In this document: positions 12,875 to 26,239 of the stretch, piece by piece | How the letters are laid out: every line of letters starts with the position of its first letter | How positions within the stretch are numbered: position 1 is the first letter of the stretch | Assembly: GCF_006345805.1 (NCBI RefSeq) | Contig: NC_043005.1 | Coordinates: 96,782,001 to 96,846,000 of the forward strand | DNA from: Octopus sinensis | Taxonomy: Eukaryota | Direction: 5' to 3' | Length of the DNA: 64,000 nucleotides | Notes under the pieces: model-generated | What the model was told of the DNA's origin: nothing | Databases searched by the model: none | Seen by the model: only the letters and a program-made list of their open reading frames with translations | Made by a program: the position numbers and the translations under genes

Positions 12875-13109
12875 CGTATGTATGTATATGACTATATCTT
12901 TCACTCTTTAACGTTATCCGGCTTTTTGACATTCATTCTTTCATTCTATCATTTCTATATCTGCTGTTTTATACCGTAAATTACACCGTTTGGGGTTTAT
13001 ATTCTACAACCATCTGCTTTATCCATTCCTAAAGAACCAGTGATGTTACGTATTTATTTCGAAATATTTATTGACTTTTCAACAGGACCAACGTAACTTC
13101 TAAGTACAG

Positions 13110-13268
13110 ATGTGGCTGTGTGGTAAGAAGCTTGCTTCCCAACCACATGGTACCGAGTTCAGTCCCATTGCGTGGCGTCTTGAGCAAGTGACTTCTACTA
13201 TAGCCTCGAGCCGACCAAAACCTTATAAGTAGATTTAGTAGACAGAAACTGAAAGAAATCCGTCGTAT
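13110..13268 (+). mobile_element. tRNA-derived SINE family 2
   Basis: GTGGCTGTGTGGTAAGAAGCTTGCTTCCCAACCAC...GAGTTCAGTCCC; homologous copy at 32694-32856. Confidence 0.75.
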
Positions 13269-13295
13269 ACACAAACATACACACATCACACACAC

Positions 13296-13403
<108 letters not shown>

Positions 13404-13701
13404 ATGGCCGAGTGGTTAGGGCAGCGGACTCGCGGTCGTAGGAACGTGGTTTCGATTCCCAGACCGGGCGTTGTGAGTGTTTATTGAGCGAAAACACCTA
13501 AAGCTCCACGAGGCTCCGGCAGGGGTAGGTGGCGATCCCTGCTGTACTCTTTCGCCACAACTTTCTCTCACTATTTCTTCTGTCGGCCTACTCGCTTAGC
13601 CAGCGGGGTGGCGTCATTTGAAGGCTAAAACAATGCGAAGCGCATTGTGACCAGCGTTGTGTAGCAACATCTGATAGCCTGGTCGGTCACGGTGACGGTG
13701 A
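13404..13701 (+). mobile_element. tRNA-derived SINE family 1
   Basis: A/B boxes; body and tail match 42956-43236. Confidence 0.8.
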
Positions 13702-14229
13702 TATATATATATATATATAAAACCAAGAAAGAGAGGACAAATTTCATAGGTCAGTGTTCTTAATCACTCAATATATTTCACAGCATCAGAATACTTCACA
13801 GCATACATAGGTGCACTCATATATATATGATATAATATAAAAATATTTAGGTATATATAAATCATAATCATGAATTCTTATGAGATTGTATATCCGTATT
13901 AGAAACCAATGAAGATATTAAAAGACACCAACTCCCATTATACGACCAGAATTGTCGTAGATATTCTCCAAATATACAAATCGAGTGTTGAAAATCATTT
14001 GCACCAACTTCCCGATGTCAACAGGGTCACTTAAATGAGGCCAGGCGCACATAACCGTTTTCAATCTGCAATTCGGTGCAGAAATGTAAAGGAAATTATC
14101 CTTTCAAAGAGAACAGTGAAGGGGCACGAAGATGCAATGTCTATATCAATATGAAGCGCAAACGAGCATGGAGAAGCTCGGTAACCATCACAAACAACCT
14201 CCAAATCGGAACGTTACTCGTAGAAAGTT

Positions 14230-14660
14230 ATGCTTTTAATTTGGTGGAGTTGGAAGAGTGTTGTCATTTACGAGATTCTTGCAACAGTCAGGGACATGAA
14301 TTCGCATGTTAAATGTTACTAGCTGGATAAACAATATGCAACGACGCACCAGAAACCTCTGACATTTGATAAACATAAGAATATTGTCTGACCATGCCAG
14401 ACCGCACATTTCTTTGCAGAATCGACAGAATTTACTTTGGCTTCAGCAGGAAGTATTGCCGCACTTTCCATATTCGGTCTACATTGCAACTTCAGATTTC
14501 CAAATGTTCATTGAATGGACAGACCTTCAACTCCTAATAGCCTGTAAGTATTCATCTGGGGTAGTTTTTTGCGAGTAAAGACAGTAAAGTCTTTTGAGCA
14601 GGGAATAATGGATTCACAAGAAGTCAGAAGATATTGGAATGGTAATTCCAATAAATGGCT
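14230..14660 (+). mobile_element. Mariner transposase C-terminal remnant
   Basis: ILSDHARPHISLQNRQNLLWLQQEVLPHFPYSVYIATSDFQMF resembles the mariner HDNARPH...EVLPHPPYSPDLAPSDYHLF motif. Confidence 0.75.
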
Positions 14661-14799
14661 TTGTGTTTAAAACTTTAGAATTATATTCGCTTGAAAAAAG
14701 GAAGGAAATTTTGTTCAACGCCATACATATATATATATATATATATACTAGCTTAAGGTGACCCGCTCTACGCGCGAGTAAGAGTGTGGTTGTTATTTT

Positions 14800-15120
14800 C
14801 TGTTGCATCTTTTCGGCACGTAAAAGGCACCATCCGAACGTGGCCGATGGCAGCGCCGCTTTTACTGGCTTCTGTGCCAGTGGCACGTAAAAAGCACCAA
14901 CCGATCGTGGCCGTTGCCAGTGCCCCTACCCCCGTGGCACCTGTGCCAGTGGCACGAAAAAAGAACCCACTACAATCATGGAGTGGCTGGCGTTAGGAAG
15001 GGCATCCAGCTGTAGAAACACTGCCAGATCAGACTGGAGCCTGGTGCAGCCTCCTGGCTTCCCAGACCCCTGTCAAACCGTCCAACCCGTGCTAGCACGG
15101 AAAACGGACGTTAAACGATT
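14800..15120 (+). mobile_element. SINE 3' body fragment
   Basis: Repeated TGGCACGTAAAAAGCACC motifs and GGCGTTAGGAAGGGCATCCAGCTGTAGAAA; family not assigned. Confidence 0.55.
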
Positions 15121-16770
15121 ATAATGATCCTCCCTCTTTGTTTCTCTCTCCTTTCTCTCTCCCTTTCCCACTCTCTTACTCTCTATCTTTCTCTATCTCT
15201 CTCTCCCATTTATAAACAACAAAAGATCTTGAGTAAGTTGAGAAAGAAAGTAGTTTGAAAGATCAATCATAAATATCAGGCAGTGACAACGGAAAGGTCT
15301 GCTTCAAGGCAGAAAGCAAAACACTAACATTTAAAAGGGACAGACGAACTCGCTAGCTGAAGAAAAAAAAAAAATATTGGAAACCAAAGTTTGAAAGGAT
15401 AGAATCTGAAGATAGTAGAGTCAGCATGGCTGGCATTTCTTAACGACGGACAGTAACATAGTGGCAGTTTAACGGCTGGCGTAAAATGTTGAACTTGATG
15501 TAAAAGAAAATTCCTAAACACCAAGCTTTGAAGTGATTCTTTCTCACGACAGTAGACTCACCATGGCAAGCATTCAAAACTTCTTCATCAGGGACGGCAA
15601 CACCTTGACGATTTAAAGGCTGGCGCAAATTTTTTAGCTTCATGTAACAGAGAATTGCTAAACACCCGCTCCTGTAAATTTTAATCCCCTTCAAGCCGCA
15701 TTTAGACCTCTTTTCACATGTTGGTTAATATAACCTGATTTCATTCGGGTCTACTCGGGTCACATTTTAAAAGATGGGGAATTTTGTCCTAGAGGTCACG
15801 CCTTTCATTTGAGGAAAAAAATAGTTGCCATGCAAACTCGCCAACACTTTTAACATAGGTGTGCATATTTTCAGCACAACCGCCCACATAATGCATACAT
15901 TATATATTATAATGTATATATATATATAATATATATATATAAATATATTATATATATATATATAATATATATATATGTATATATATGTATATATATGTAT
16001 GTATATATGCGTGTGTGTGTGTGTGTGTGTGCACTATTATATGTATACAAATTATATATATATATAATTAAATTAGAGATAAAACCACTATTAGGCAAAT
16101 CAAACAGTGAAAAACATAAACGAAAACATAAAAATAGAAATATAATATACAAAATATATAAAATATAAAATTTAAAAATTTTGATTATTTAAATTTAAAA
16201 TTAAAATTATTAATTTATATTTAGAATTTTTTAAAAAATATATATAACTATCAAAAAGTATTAGAAAGTTCAATATACATATTTATATATAGAACACACA
16301 CACAAACACACACATATATATATATAAATTAACCCAATAAATATCTGATTCATAATATTTGTTCTCTATGAATGCAGACAGACGTAGAGAGAGAGTGTGT
16401 GAAAGCGCTGTCGAAGGCGGGGAGGAAGGGGAGATATAGAACGCTGTTTGACGACGTTATAAAGAGAATGTGAAAGGGAGTTAGACGCCGTTAAACGACG
16501 TTATATATAGAAAGTGATGGAAAGGGAGGAAAGAGAGTGAGTGACGGAGGAAGACAGATGCATAAAAGAATGAGAGTAGACTTGTCAAAGTGCGTTTTTG
16601 GCCCTAGCAACGACACATTTTAAGATAGAGATTTCTAACCTAGTCCACTGGCATCATCACCTCATTTTACATGTCTCTGTAAATTTTGGAGTCAATCCGA
16701 CGGGATCTAGTGGCCTTTAACCCGTTCTCAATGCCAAAATCAGACAAACAAACTTTTCGCATTTCAGTTT

Positions 16771-16828
<58 letters not shown>

Positions 16829-17282
16829 TTTTATAAGATTTGGATTTGGGAATCTGGGCATAAACATGAGTAGTATGGGATAAATACGTCTTGATTAGAA
16901 TTTTTGTTAGGGTGTGTAAAGAGGGAAAGAACCCTCATCAAAATTCTTAATCTGCAATTTTGAATGAAATTCGAATCATAGGTATTCCAGTTCATTAGAG
17001 GAAATATAAAAGAAAAGTCTAATTCTTCAACTCCATGTGATACGGGCAACGCCGGGTGTCTCTGAAGTATTATATAAGCATGTATGTGTCTAGTGTGTGT
17101 GTTATTGTATATTTGTGGAGCATCTTATAATGCTTTGTACTAACAAGATGAAGTATGAAGTGTGTGCCAATATAGGCATTTACTCGCTGATCTATAATAA
17201 ACCTATTTACTTCACTGTCATAGAGTTCAGCGCATTGTGTCTTTGTACAAATATGCACACGAATATACGTACATGCACTTAC

Positions 17283-17324
<42 letters not shown>

Positions 17325-17340
17325 TGCAGATAGATAGATG

Positions 17341-17392
<52 letters not shown>

Positions 17393-17939
17393 CACGAACA
17401 CACACAAATATATACATCGGCAATTTATATGTGTGAACGTTTACGTGAAATACACGCACACGCACACACAGACACAAACACACACTCATAAACACACACA
17501 GAGAAAGCGCATCCATATACAAACCTATACACAAACACACGCGCATTATGCCCTGTACTGTGCACTAATCCTTTTTATCTTTTTGTCTCTTATTGACATC
17601 CGTATCCGGCCTCTACGCTGAATCGATTTCGATTACTTTTTCATCTATTAAACACACACCCCTCGTATTCTCACTCACACTCACACAAATGGATTGACTG
17701 GTACACATTGTTACGTAAATATAGTTTTTGTCTTAACTGAATCAAAGTACTCGTATCTGATGAGTAAAGACAGGTCTGAGATAATCTACTCACATGTTAA
17801 ACTTGTACTCTTGGCGTTATGAACAAAAAGGGAAAAAGAAAGAGAAACGTATAGCTTTGGTTTTAAGAAAGTCGTTTTGCAACCACATAGTTTTGGGTGA
17901 GTCTTACTGCGCGGCACCATGGGCAAGTGGTTTCCTCTA

Positions 17940-18172
17940 TATATTTCTTTACTACCCACAAGGGCTAAACATAGAGGGGACAAACAAGGACAGACATACG
18001 AATTAAGTCGATTACATCGACCCCAGTGCGAAACTGGTACTTTATTTATCGACCCCCAAAAGGATGAAAAGCAAACTCGACCTCGGCGGAATTGGAACTC
18101 AGAACGTAACGACAGATGAAATACCGCTAGGCATTTCGCCCGGCGCGCTAACGTTTCTGCCAGCTCGCCGCC
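17940..18172 (-). mobile_element. tRNA-derived SINE family 3 with Tx1-like 3' tail
   Basis: Head GGCGGCGAGCTGGCAGAAACGTTAGC...GAGTTCCAATTCC is shared with 23787 and 33193; tail resembles the 3' ends of the Tx1-like copies. Confidence 0.75.
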
Positions 18173-19954
18173 CCTTTTTTTTTCCGAAGTGTTTTCCTCT
18201 ATAGCCCCGAGCTGACCAATGCCTTCTGAGTTAATTATGTAGACGAAAATTGTGGAAGCCCGTGGTATATATTATATTATTTTTATATATATACATGTAT
18301 ATATATACATCCGGTCCGACGTTCTAACAACCCACCCAGTCTATCGCCCTGGGTTAACTGGCTGGCTGTTTAATTTCAAAAGATTAATAGCTTACACTAT
18401 TAGAACTCAAAATGCTATAAGAAGAAAAATCTACAATTGACTGGTGACTGATCTGGAATGAGGAGCTGTCTTTCGATAGCTAGAAGCTGTTGAAAAATTA
18501 GGATAAACTTCTCACTGTTCTCTCTTTGTACCTGATTTTACTACCATACAGGTCTTGTATTCTTCTTTAACTGTCAGCTCTCACCATTGGATTCACCCAC
18601 CGACTCTTTCACCGTCTTTACTTTATCGGATCCGAAGACCTGCGTTTAGTACTTCTCCCAGTCTCTTTTCGTTTGGCACTTTGAAAGTCCATCGAACTGC
18701 AAGTTTTAAAAAAACGTAACACCTTTCTAATGTTTTGACTTTAGTGGATTGCAAAAGCTCGAGTGTGAAGGGTAAACTCTTTTCTGCCTCAGATTCTATA
18801 TTCGGAAAAACACTAGATCAACTTTGGTCTCGTGAAGCAATTTCAAAGATACTGAAATATATTTTTTCCATATATAATTTCTCCTTGATGATCAAACTCA
18901 TTTTCATTCGTCTCCCAATCATATAGAACAATTCATGACCAACTTTAATAAAGTCGAAGCCAGCTATTTAATATATCATGTCATTTGCAACAAGACACCC
19001 TTAGGAGACGACCAATTAACTGGCTTTGCAATTAATATCTTTATATCAAGTAAGGCGTCAAACTGACAGCTTTGTATGTATACGATGTTGAGTAGATTTA
19101 TAGATTTATTTTGTCTTCTTTGCCAAAGCTTTCTACGTGCTATACATTTCAATAAATATTCCTGTCTTATGAATGATAGGCGATATAGAGGCGATGTAGC
19201 GTCAATCTATGTGCTCTGTCTGGATCACTTGACGGGTTCGTGATTTTCCCGAGGTGTGAGGAAGAGAATAAACAGAGGGTGCAACATGATTTCGATTCAA
19301 GACTAGAATTATTTCGCTTTTTCTCACAATTCTCCATCGAAAATGCATAAACACAGTGACTTATTTCAGTGCCATTGTTTCGCAAACAGTATACTGCAGT
19401 CTTTTTAATAAAAGTACATGCTTGAAGTCTTTAGAAAATCCATGCCAATGCTTGAGTATCTTAAAAAATAAATGTGTTATTCCAATTTTTTAACACACAA
19501 ATATCATTGATAGCACGAAGTAAGCAAAGGCCAGCAGCTAATGAAAGCTGTGATGATCGATCCTTTATTCCTCCAAGATGTAAACAATGTCTCCAGCGAG
19601 ATTCCACACAGTTTTCGGTTACCGAATTTCATTCACAAGACTTTGGTAAACCTGAGGCTCCAGAAAACAATGACCAAAATCCTAGGTAGTTGGATGGAAC
19701 TTGAGACCATGTGGTTGCGAAGGGAAATTCGTCCCTCCACAGCTTTATCTGAAGCGAAAATGGCGAAGCTATTGACATAATCATAAATGTTACAGCTTCC
19801 TTTAAGCTTTTCGCCTAAAATACTGAATGTTTGCATCAAAATAGGAACCAACAGGCCGAAAGTAATTTCTAATTTCCTGATTAAGTTTCCAACATCCAAT
19901 TGAAATCGTATCTTTTTCAGTCATGTAAGCTCTTCCATCTTCAGGCCTCGACGT

Positions 19955-20165
19955 CAGTACACCAATAATACCATCATCGCCACTGCCAATATCACCACCC
20001 CACCATCATACGCACTACTATTATTACTATTACAACAGCTACTACTAGTACTATCACCGCCATCACCCCTACTACTATCACTGCCACTACTACTAAAACT
20101 ATCACCACCACCACTATTACTACTACTACTACAACTACTGTTACTAATACTACCACTACCACCAT

Positions 20166-20239
<74 letters not shown>

Positions 20240-20249
20240 GTACTACTAG

Positions 20250-20293
<44 letters not shown>

Positions 20294-20370
20294 TTACTAC
20301 TACTACTACTAATAATAATAATACTACTACTACGATGACGACGACGGAGATGGTGATGATGTAATCTTAT
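19955..20370. repeat. (CTA/ACT/CAC)n trinucleotide tract
   Basis: Pure ACT run about 20170-20330; explains the poly-Ser ORF. Confidence 0.9.
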
Positions 20371-20588
20371 TATCATCAGCTCCTCAATTGTACATCTCTA
20401 CTAAACTTAGAATGATAACGAGGAGATTAGTATGGTTTCTGCATAGATTTGGTATTAGTTTTTTTCTTTTCTTTCATATTCCATGCAACGACGTTCTAAT
20501 TGCTTCTATATATTTTTCTTTCCCTCATTCTCTTATTTGCTATTCATTCTTTCTTTCTTTCTTTCTTTCTTTTTTTTCTATTACACAG

Positions 20589-20750
20589 TGAGTGCCATCG
20601 ATTGTTATGTATGTACTTCTATCAATGGTGGCAACCAAGACTGTGAAGATCGGTTCACCAGTTCGATGGCAACAGTGAAAATGATACAAAGAGAATGTAA
20701 CTACGGCCTCTTCAGAGCTAGCCACTGCACCAAGTTGAAAGGAAAAAGAG
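20589..20750 (+). CDS. Internal exon of a Ly6/uPAR (quiver/sleepless-like) three-finger protein
   Basis: Long polypyrimidine tract plus TTACACAG acceptor and GAG|GTGAGT donor; 162 bp, phase 1/1, open frame: xSAIDCYVCTSINGGNQDCEDRFTSSMATVKMIQRECNYGLFRASHCTKLKGKR. AIxCYxC directly after the expected signal-peptide exon is typical of this family. Confidence 0.8.
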
Positions 20751-22185
20751 GTGAGTGATCTTTGATATAGATACAGCTGAATTATTTTAATGTTAAACAA
20801 CAGTATTGGAATGATATACTGGTTCTTAATCTGTAGCGTAGCACCCCCTTGTGACATTGTGAGGACACAAAGGGTCGGCAAGTGTCGAAGAGGTGCCAAG
20901 GGAGATGCCGGGCTGCAGAATTTTCATGATATTTCTTAGAAACGAAATATTTAACTCTGTCACTGTGAATTTTAATTTCATGTTTATTCCAGTAATGATG
21001 TTAAACATGTAGCAGGAAATAGAATTGGTATTTTCTGCAAGTTACGCTGACACAATAAACCTAATATATCATGATAAAATGTAGTTCCAAACATAACATT
21101 CCTCATCAAAAATTAGTTTTAAATATAAAACTGCTTTCTGCCGTTGAGCTTCAAGCGATTTTAAGTGGACTATATTTAATTTCCACAGGAAAAGGGTCTA
21201 GCCAGATAAAATCCTTATATTCGAAGCGCTCATTTTCCAAAAAAAACAAACAATAATAAAATAAAGTATCTGTATTTAAAGTCTAGTGTCGACCAAAGCC
21301 TTGTGATTGGATTTAGTAGACGGAAACTGAAAGAATCACGACGTGTGTGTGTGCGTGTGTATTTATTTCTGTAACTATGTCTTTGTATTTGACAACCGGT
21401 GTTGGTCTGTTTATGTCTACGTAACAAGAAACGACAGAATAGATATCAGTTTTAAAAAATGGGCACTGGTGTCGAATTGTTCGATTGAACCCGTTAAGGC
21501 AGCGCTCCAACATGGCCGCAGTCCAGTGACTAAAACGAGTAAACGATAAACGATGGAATTATCTAAATGGTGGCACACGCTTCAGTAAAATAATTTGCTG
21601 TTTGCAGGGTTTTTTCTCCAAAAATATAATGAGATAGAATTTGTAAAACATTCGGTGAAAGGAGGCACTGAGTTGTAAAAGATTGTGAACTGTTGCTCTA
21701 ATATGTCATATAATGTTTGAGAAGTGAGAAGCAAAAAGTACCATGGTTTTATGAACCTCGTTGTAATTCGTTGATCGAAACTAGCAGCTGTGTTCTCTAT
21801 GCGTGTATCCTAAAGGTCTGTGTTTTAACCGTGTTTAATATTTTTCAATAAGTTATTCAAGCAAAGAATGCTTGTGATAGTTGTAGACTATTACAAGCTA
21901 CTGATATTGATGATGATAGTTGTTGGTTCGTGCCTTGTTTATCTGTAGGATGTGAAGGAATCCTACACATACGGTACTGGTCTGGATAACTGAAACAGCA
22001 GTGAAGACAATGGGAATATACGATGGCGTTAAACAAGAGAATATTTTAGGCCTGACACCTAATGCATGTATGTACGTACTATGTACACACACACACACAC
22101 ACATGGCTTATAAGGATTCTGAGATTGGTGGTCGAAAGGAAAGGAGTTTTTGATTTACTGTCAGGTGATCTTTGGTCAGCACTGT

Positions 22186-22240
<55 letters not shown>

Positions 22241-23037
22241 ACAGTAAGCATAAAAGACGATGGGGCTTACTAGGGGCTCGTCTTAGTAATTCTTTCCGCG
22301 TCAAATTTCGATTAATCTTTTTTTCTCATGTTTTATTTTACATTCTTCGGTCATTCTTGCTACATCGAACTTTTGCATTGTAGAAAGCACTTGCCCAATG
22401 TGCCGTCAAATAGAACTGAACCTGAATCTAAGTGGCTGCAAAACGAAGTTCTTGACTGTACGGCCATCATTTTCGCTTCTTTACTCTTAAGCTCTTACTT
22501 CTTCATTTTCCTTCATTATCCTAACCTACTAACAAGTATCATTATGCGGATGAGTCAGTCCTTTCATTTAATTATATCGTTTTCTTTTCGTTTCTTCTCT
22601 CGATCGAAATCCAGCCTCCGAAGCTTTTCTTCGTTACCTAACGTCTTTCTCTCCCTTATACATCGACAAATCCCTCTCTTTATCTCTCTTCTTCAAATTC
22701 TCTTTCTCTTCTTTCTATCAATCTCTCATTTATCAAGTTATTTTTCTAATCCATCTATATATTTTCTTTCTCTTTCTTCGCATATCTCAGCACAAATACA
22801 TTCTTCTACATTCCTATATTGCAAAGAAAGATATACCTTGGAAATTAATAAATACAACTTGGCACATTACTTGGACATAAGCGCACACACGCACACACAT
22901 ATGTATGGTTGCAACCACATTCATATATATATATATATATGTATGTATGTATATATGTATGTATGTATGTATGTATGTTTGTATGTATGTATAATATATA
23001 TATATATATATATATATACATACATACATACATATAC

Positions 23038-23123
<86 letters not shown>

Positions 23124-23229
23124 AATATATATATATATCAAGTGGCATGTATGTTTGCGTGTGCGTACACAAACACAATTACATATAATAACCGAGGGCA
23201 CTGATGTTTCCTAGTATTTTTCATTTTAG

Positions 23230-23750
23230 ATTATAATTAGACATTGCTTCTGTTGGTGAGCAGCCTTAGCTGGAGAATATAGTCCTTAGATGTCCTATGG
23301 TATTCTGGAAGTTGAAAATACTTTCACTCCCTCCTATATACCAATTGATTGTGTTTTGGAGATGGGATGATGAGGGGTTATGCCCGCAAACCCCGTTTCG
23401 TAAATAACATATTTAGGGTAATATAATCAATTTAGAGGTCAATCTTTGATGTTTCCTTCCAAACAGATTTCAGATGTGTTTGTAGGTGTGCATGCTATGA
23501 TGTTTTCCAAAAGTTAGGTGCGATTGTAACTGAAGCTATTGTATTTTCGATTGGGGAGCATATATTTTTCTATTAAGTTGAAGAAGATTTTGGCTTCATT
23601 TGGATCTGTATGGAAAGACATCGGGTGAACCTGATTATTTTAAATCTCCATTTCTTTTGTGTAGTTTTAAATAAGTAGTTACATTATTTGATGTATAACT
23701 TATCTTTAAAACGTTAGCTTTTAATGAGAAGGTTTACTCTTATACAATTT
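23230..23750 (-). mobile_element. Highly degraded Penelope-like remnant
   Basis: Frame-switching translation gives AKIFFNLIEKYMLPNRKY..VIYET..NWYIGGSESIF, weakly resembling the PLE linker and GIY-YIG. Confidence 0.35.
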
Positions 23751-23786
23751 GAATATTTCCCCGTCAATTTCCATGACAAAGTTAAC

Positions 23787-23995
23787 TGGTGACCTAGCAG
23801 AATGATTAGCACGCAGGACAAAATGCTTAACAACATTTCCTCCGTCTTCGCGGTCTGAGTTCAAATTCTGTCGAGGCTGACTGTGCTTTTAATCCTTTCG
23901 GGATCGATAAAATGAGTACCAGCTGAGTACTGGAGTAATCGACTTTCTACCACCCTCGAAATTGCTGGCCTTGTACCAAAATTTGAAACCAATAT
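23787..23995 (+). mobile_element. tRNA-derived SINE family 3
   Basis: GGTGACCTAGCAGAATGATTAGCACG...GAGTTCAAATTC...GATAAAATGAGTACCAG; homologous to 17940-18172 but with a different tail. Confidence 0.7.
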
Positions 23996-24512
23996 ACATA
24001 ACAAAGTTCTCGAACACCAGACGGTGGGTTCTTGTGTTAACAACGGCGAAATTCGTCGCTATAGGGATCTTTAGCCTTTACATGTTGAAGAACTGGGTTG
24101 CACTTTTCATGAATTTATTAAATGTCTACTAGACTTTGTGGAAAAACCGAAGCCGTTGTCACGATGTAGTCAGCCGTTTATTAAGGTGGTTCCTTTCCTA
24201 AGTCGGTCTAATATATATAAACCAAAATACAGACAACCAATAGCTGAGGGTCAGATAAGCTCGGTATAAAACACGCATAGTAGTGCTCCAAATAATTCCA
24301 TACTAAACAAAGACTTTAACCTAGGCAAAGGCCACAGCATCAAGAATGGATATGGGAGTAATAAGAATCAGGCTTAATGTGTCGGCAGTAATGCAGATAA
24401 TATATATATATATATATATATATATCATAAAATATTAGGGAATAAATCCAAACTTACAGGGAAAAATCAGATTTAGGATTAAATCCAATTTTATAGTAAA
24501 ATATTATATCAT

Positions 24513-24958
24513 ATTAAATTAGAGATAAAACCACTATTAGGCAAATCAAACAATGAAAAACTTAAGCCAATACATAAAATTATTAATTTATATTATTTTA
24601 AATATATATCAAAAGTATTAAAAGTTTAATAAAAGATAATGAGTAAAACACTACGATCGTTTCATGGCTGTCCAATTCTTAATAATTCGAGTTATGGTTA
24701 CAGTCAATCTTCAGGTAATTGAAATATTTATCTTAGCGAGGTTTAGCAATTACCTGAAGATTGACTGTAACCATAACTCGAATTATTAAGAATTGGACAG
24801 CCATGAAACGATCGTAGTGTTTTACTCGTTATCTTTTATTAAACTTTTAATACGTTTGATATATATTTAAACTAATATAAATTAATTAATTTTATGTATT
24901 GGCTTAAGTTTTTCATTGTTTGATTTGCCTAATAGTGGTTTTATTTCTAATTTAATAT
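24513..24958. repeat. Long inverted repeat (~210-bp arms, ~25-nt spacer), pLTR-like, with a hammerhead-like motif in each arm
   Basis: 24513-24721 is the reverse complement of 24747-24958; part of the arm also occurs at about 16070-16130. Confidence 0.85.
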
Positions 24959-24980
24959 AATATTATATATATATATATAT

Positions 24981-25037
<57 letters not shown>

Positions 25038-25138
25038 TTAATCCAAACATGAAAACACAAAGAGAAAACACAACAACACGAGGACGTGGGACAAGTATAG
25101 TATTATTGGACGCTCAGGAAAGGAAAGAAAGAAGGAGG

Positions 25139-25173
25139 GTATAACGTTTCGAGCGGAGCTCTTCGTCAGAAAC
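25139..25173 (-). ncRNA. Minimal hammerhead, weak stem I
   Basis: GUUU-CUGACGA-A-GAGC UCC GCUC-GAAA-CGUU/AUAC; same architecture as 11803-11839. Confidence 0.5.
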
Positions 25174-25214
25174 ATAAGAAAAGGAAACATCCAAAGATAT
25201 ATATGTATGTATGT

Positions 25215-25285
<71 letters not shown>

Positions 25286-25584
25286 CCTATCTATCTATAT
25301 ATATATATATATATATATATTGTTTGGTCATTCTCGAGCCATGCCTGGCTCATAAGGACCGGTTTCCCGGTTTCCTTGGCGTATAGGTTCCCCACCTGGA
25401 TGGAACGCCGGTCCGTCGCAGGTGAGCTGCAAGATGCAGGAGGAAAGAGTGAGAGAAAGTTATGGCGTAGGAGTCAGCAGAAGTTCGCCATTACCTTCTG
25501 CTGGAGCCGAGTGGAGCTTCGGTGTTTCGCTAGACCATGTGCCTCCACTATTTATCTATCTATCTATCTATCTATCTATCTGTC

Positions 25585-25632
<48 letters not shown>

Positions 25633-26239
25633 TGTATGTATGTATGTATGTATATGTATGTATGTATGTATGTGTGAGTGTATGTATGTGCGTGTGTGTA
25701 TTTATATATACAACTCAAAGAAATTCCAGCTTTGATTTTCACGTTTTACTTACAATCTCATAATAATGTATTATGAGATAATATAATACAATGAAGAGAT
25801 AGAATATTGAATGTCCATTCTTATTGAGCAAGTACTTTCATGCCTAGAACTATGCAATCTTCACGTTCATATAGCAGTGATGACAATTTATTTTTTACAA
25901 TTCACAACCGTAAATATATATATATATATATATGCTGCAGTAATGCTGGTCCAGTCTTTTCACAAAGACACAAAAACAACAACAACAAAAGTGGAAACTA
26001 CAACCCTATCCAACAGTGCAACCACACCTCCAGCCAAAAACTGCTCCCTAAGCAGGAAAATTCTTTTTTAGCCATGTTGAACATGGCAAAAGAGATACAC
26101 AAAAACATTCTAGCCATCATTCAACACCATCCTATGCTATTACCCCAGTGCACCAATTCCCCACATTGCTGTCACTAACACACAAAAAAATCCAAGCCCC
26201 CTGCAACAGTCAAAACCAGCCACTACACTAACCTCCACA

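Noticed and set aside
18480-19050. Possible further Penelope-like RT remnant on the minus strand
   Set aside because: Only scattered, weak motif resemblance; not supportable without a search.
19954-20376. 140-aa poly-Ser ORF
   Set aside because: It is a translation of an (AGT)n microsatellite.
22328-23125. 265-aa hydrophobic ORF
   Set aside because: Composed of a SINE-like fragment, a CT-rich tract and TA repeats; no coding signature.
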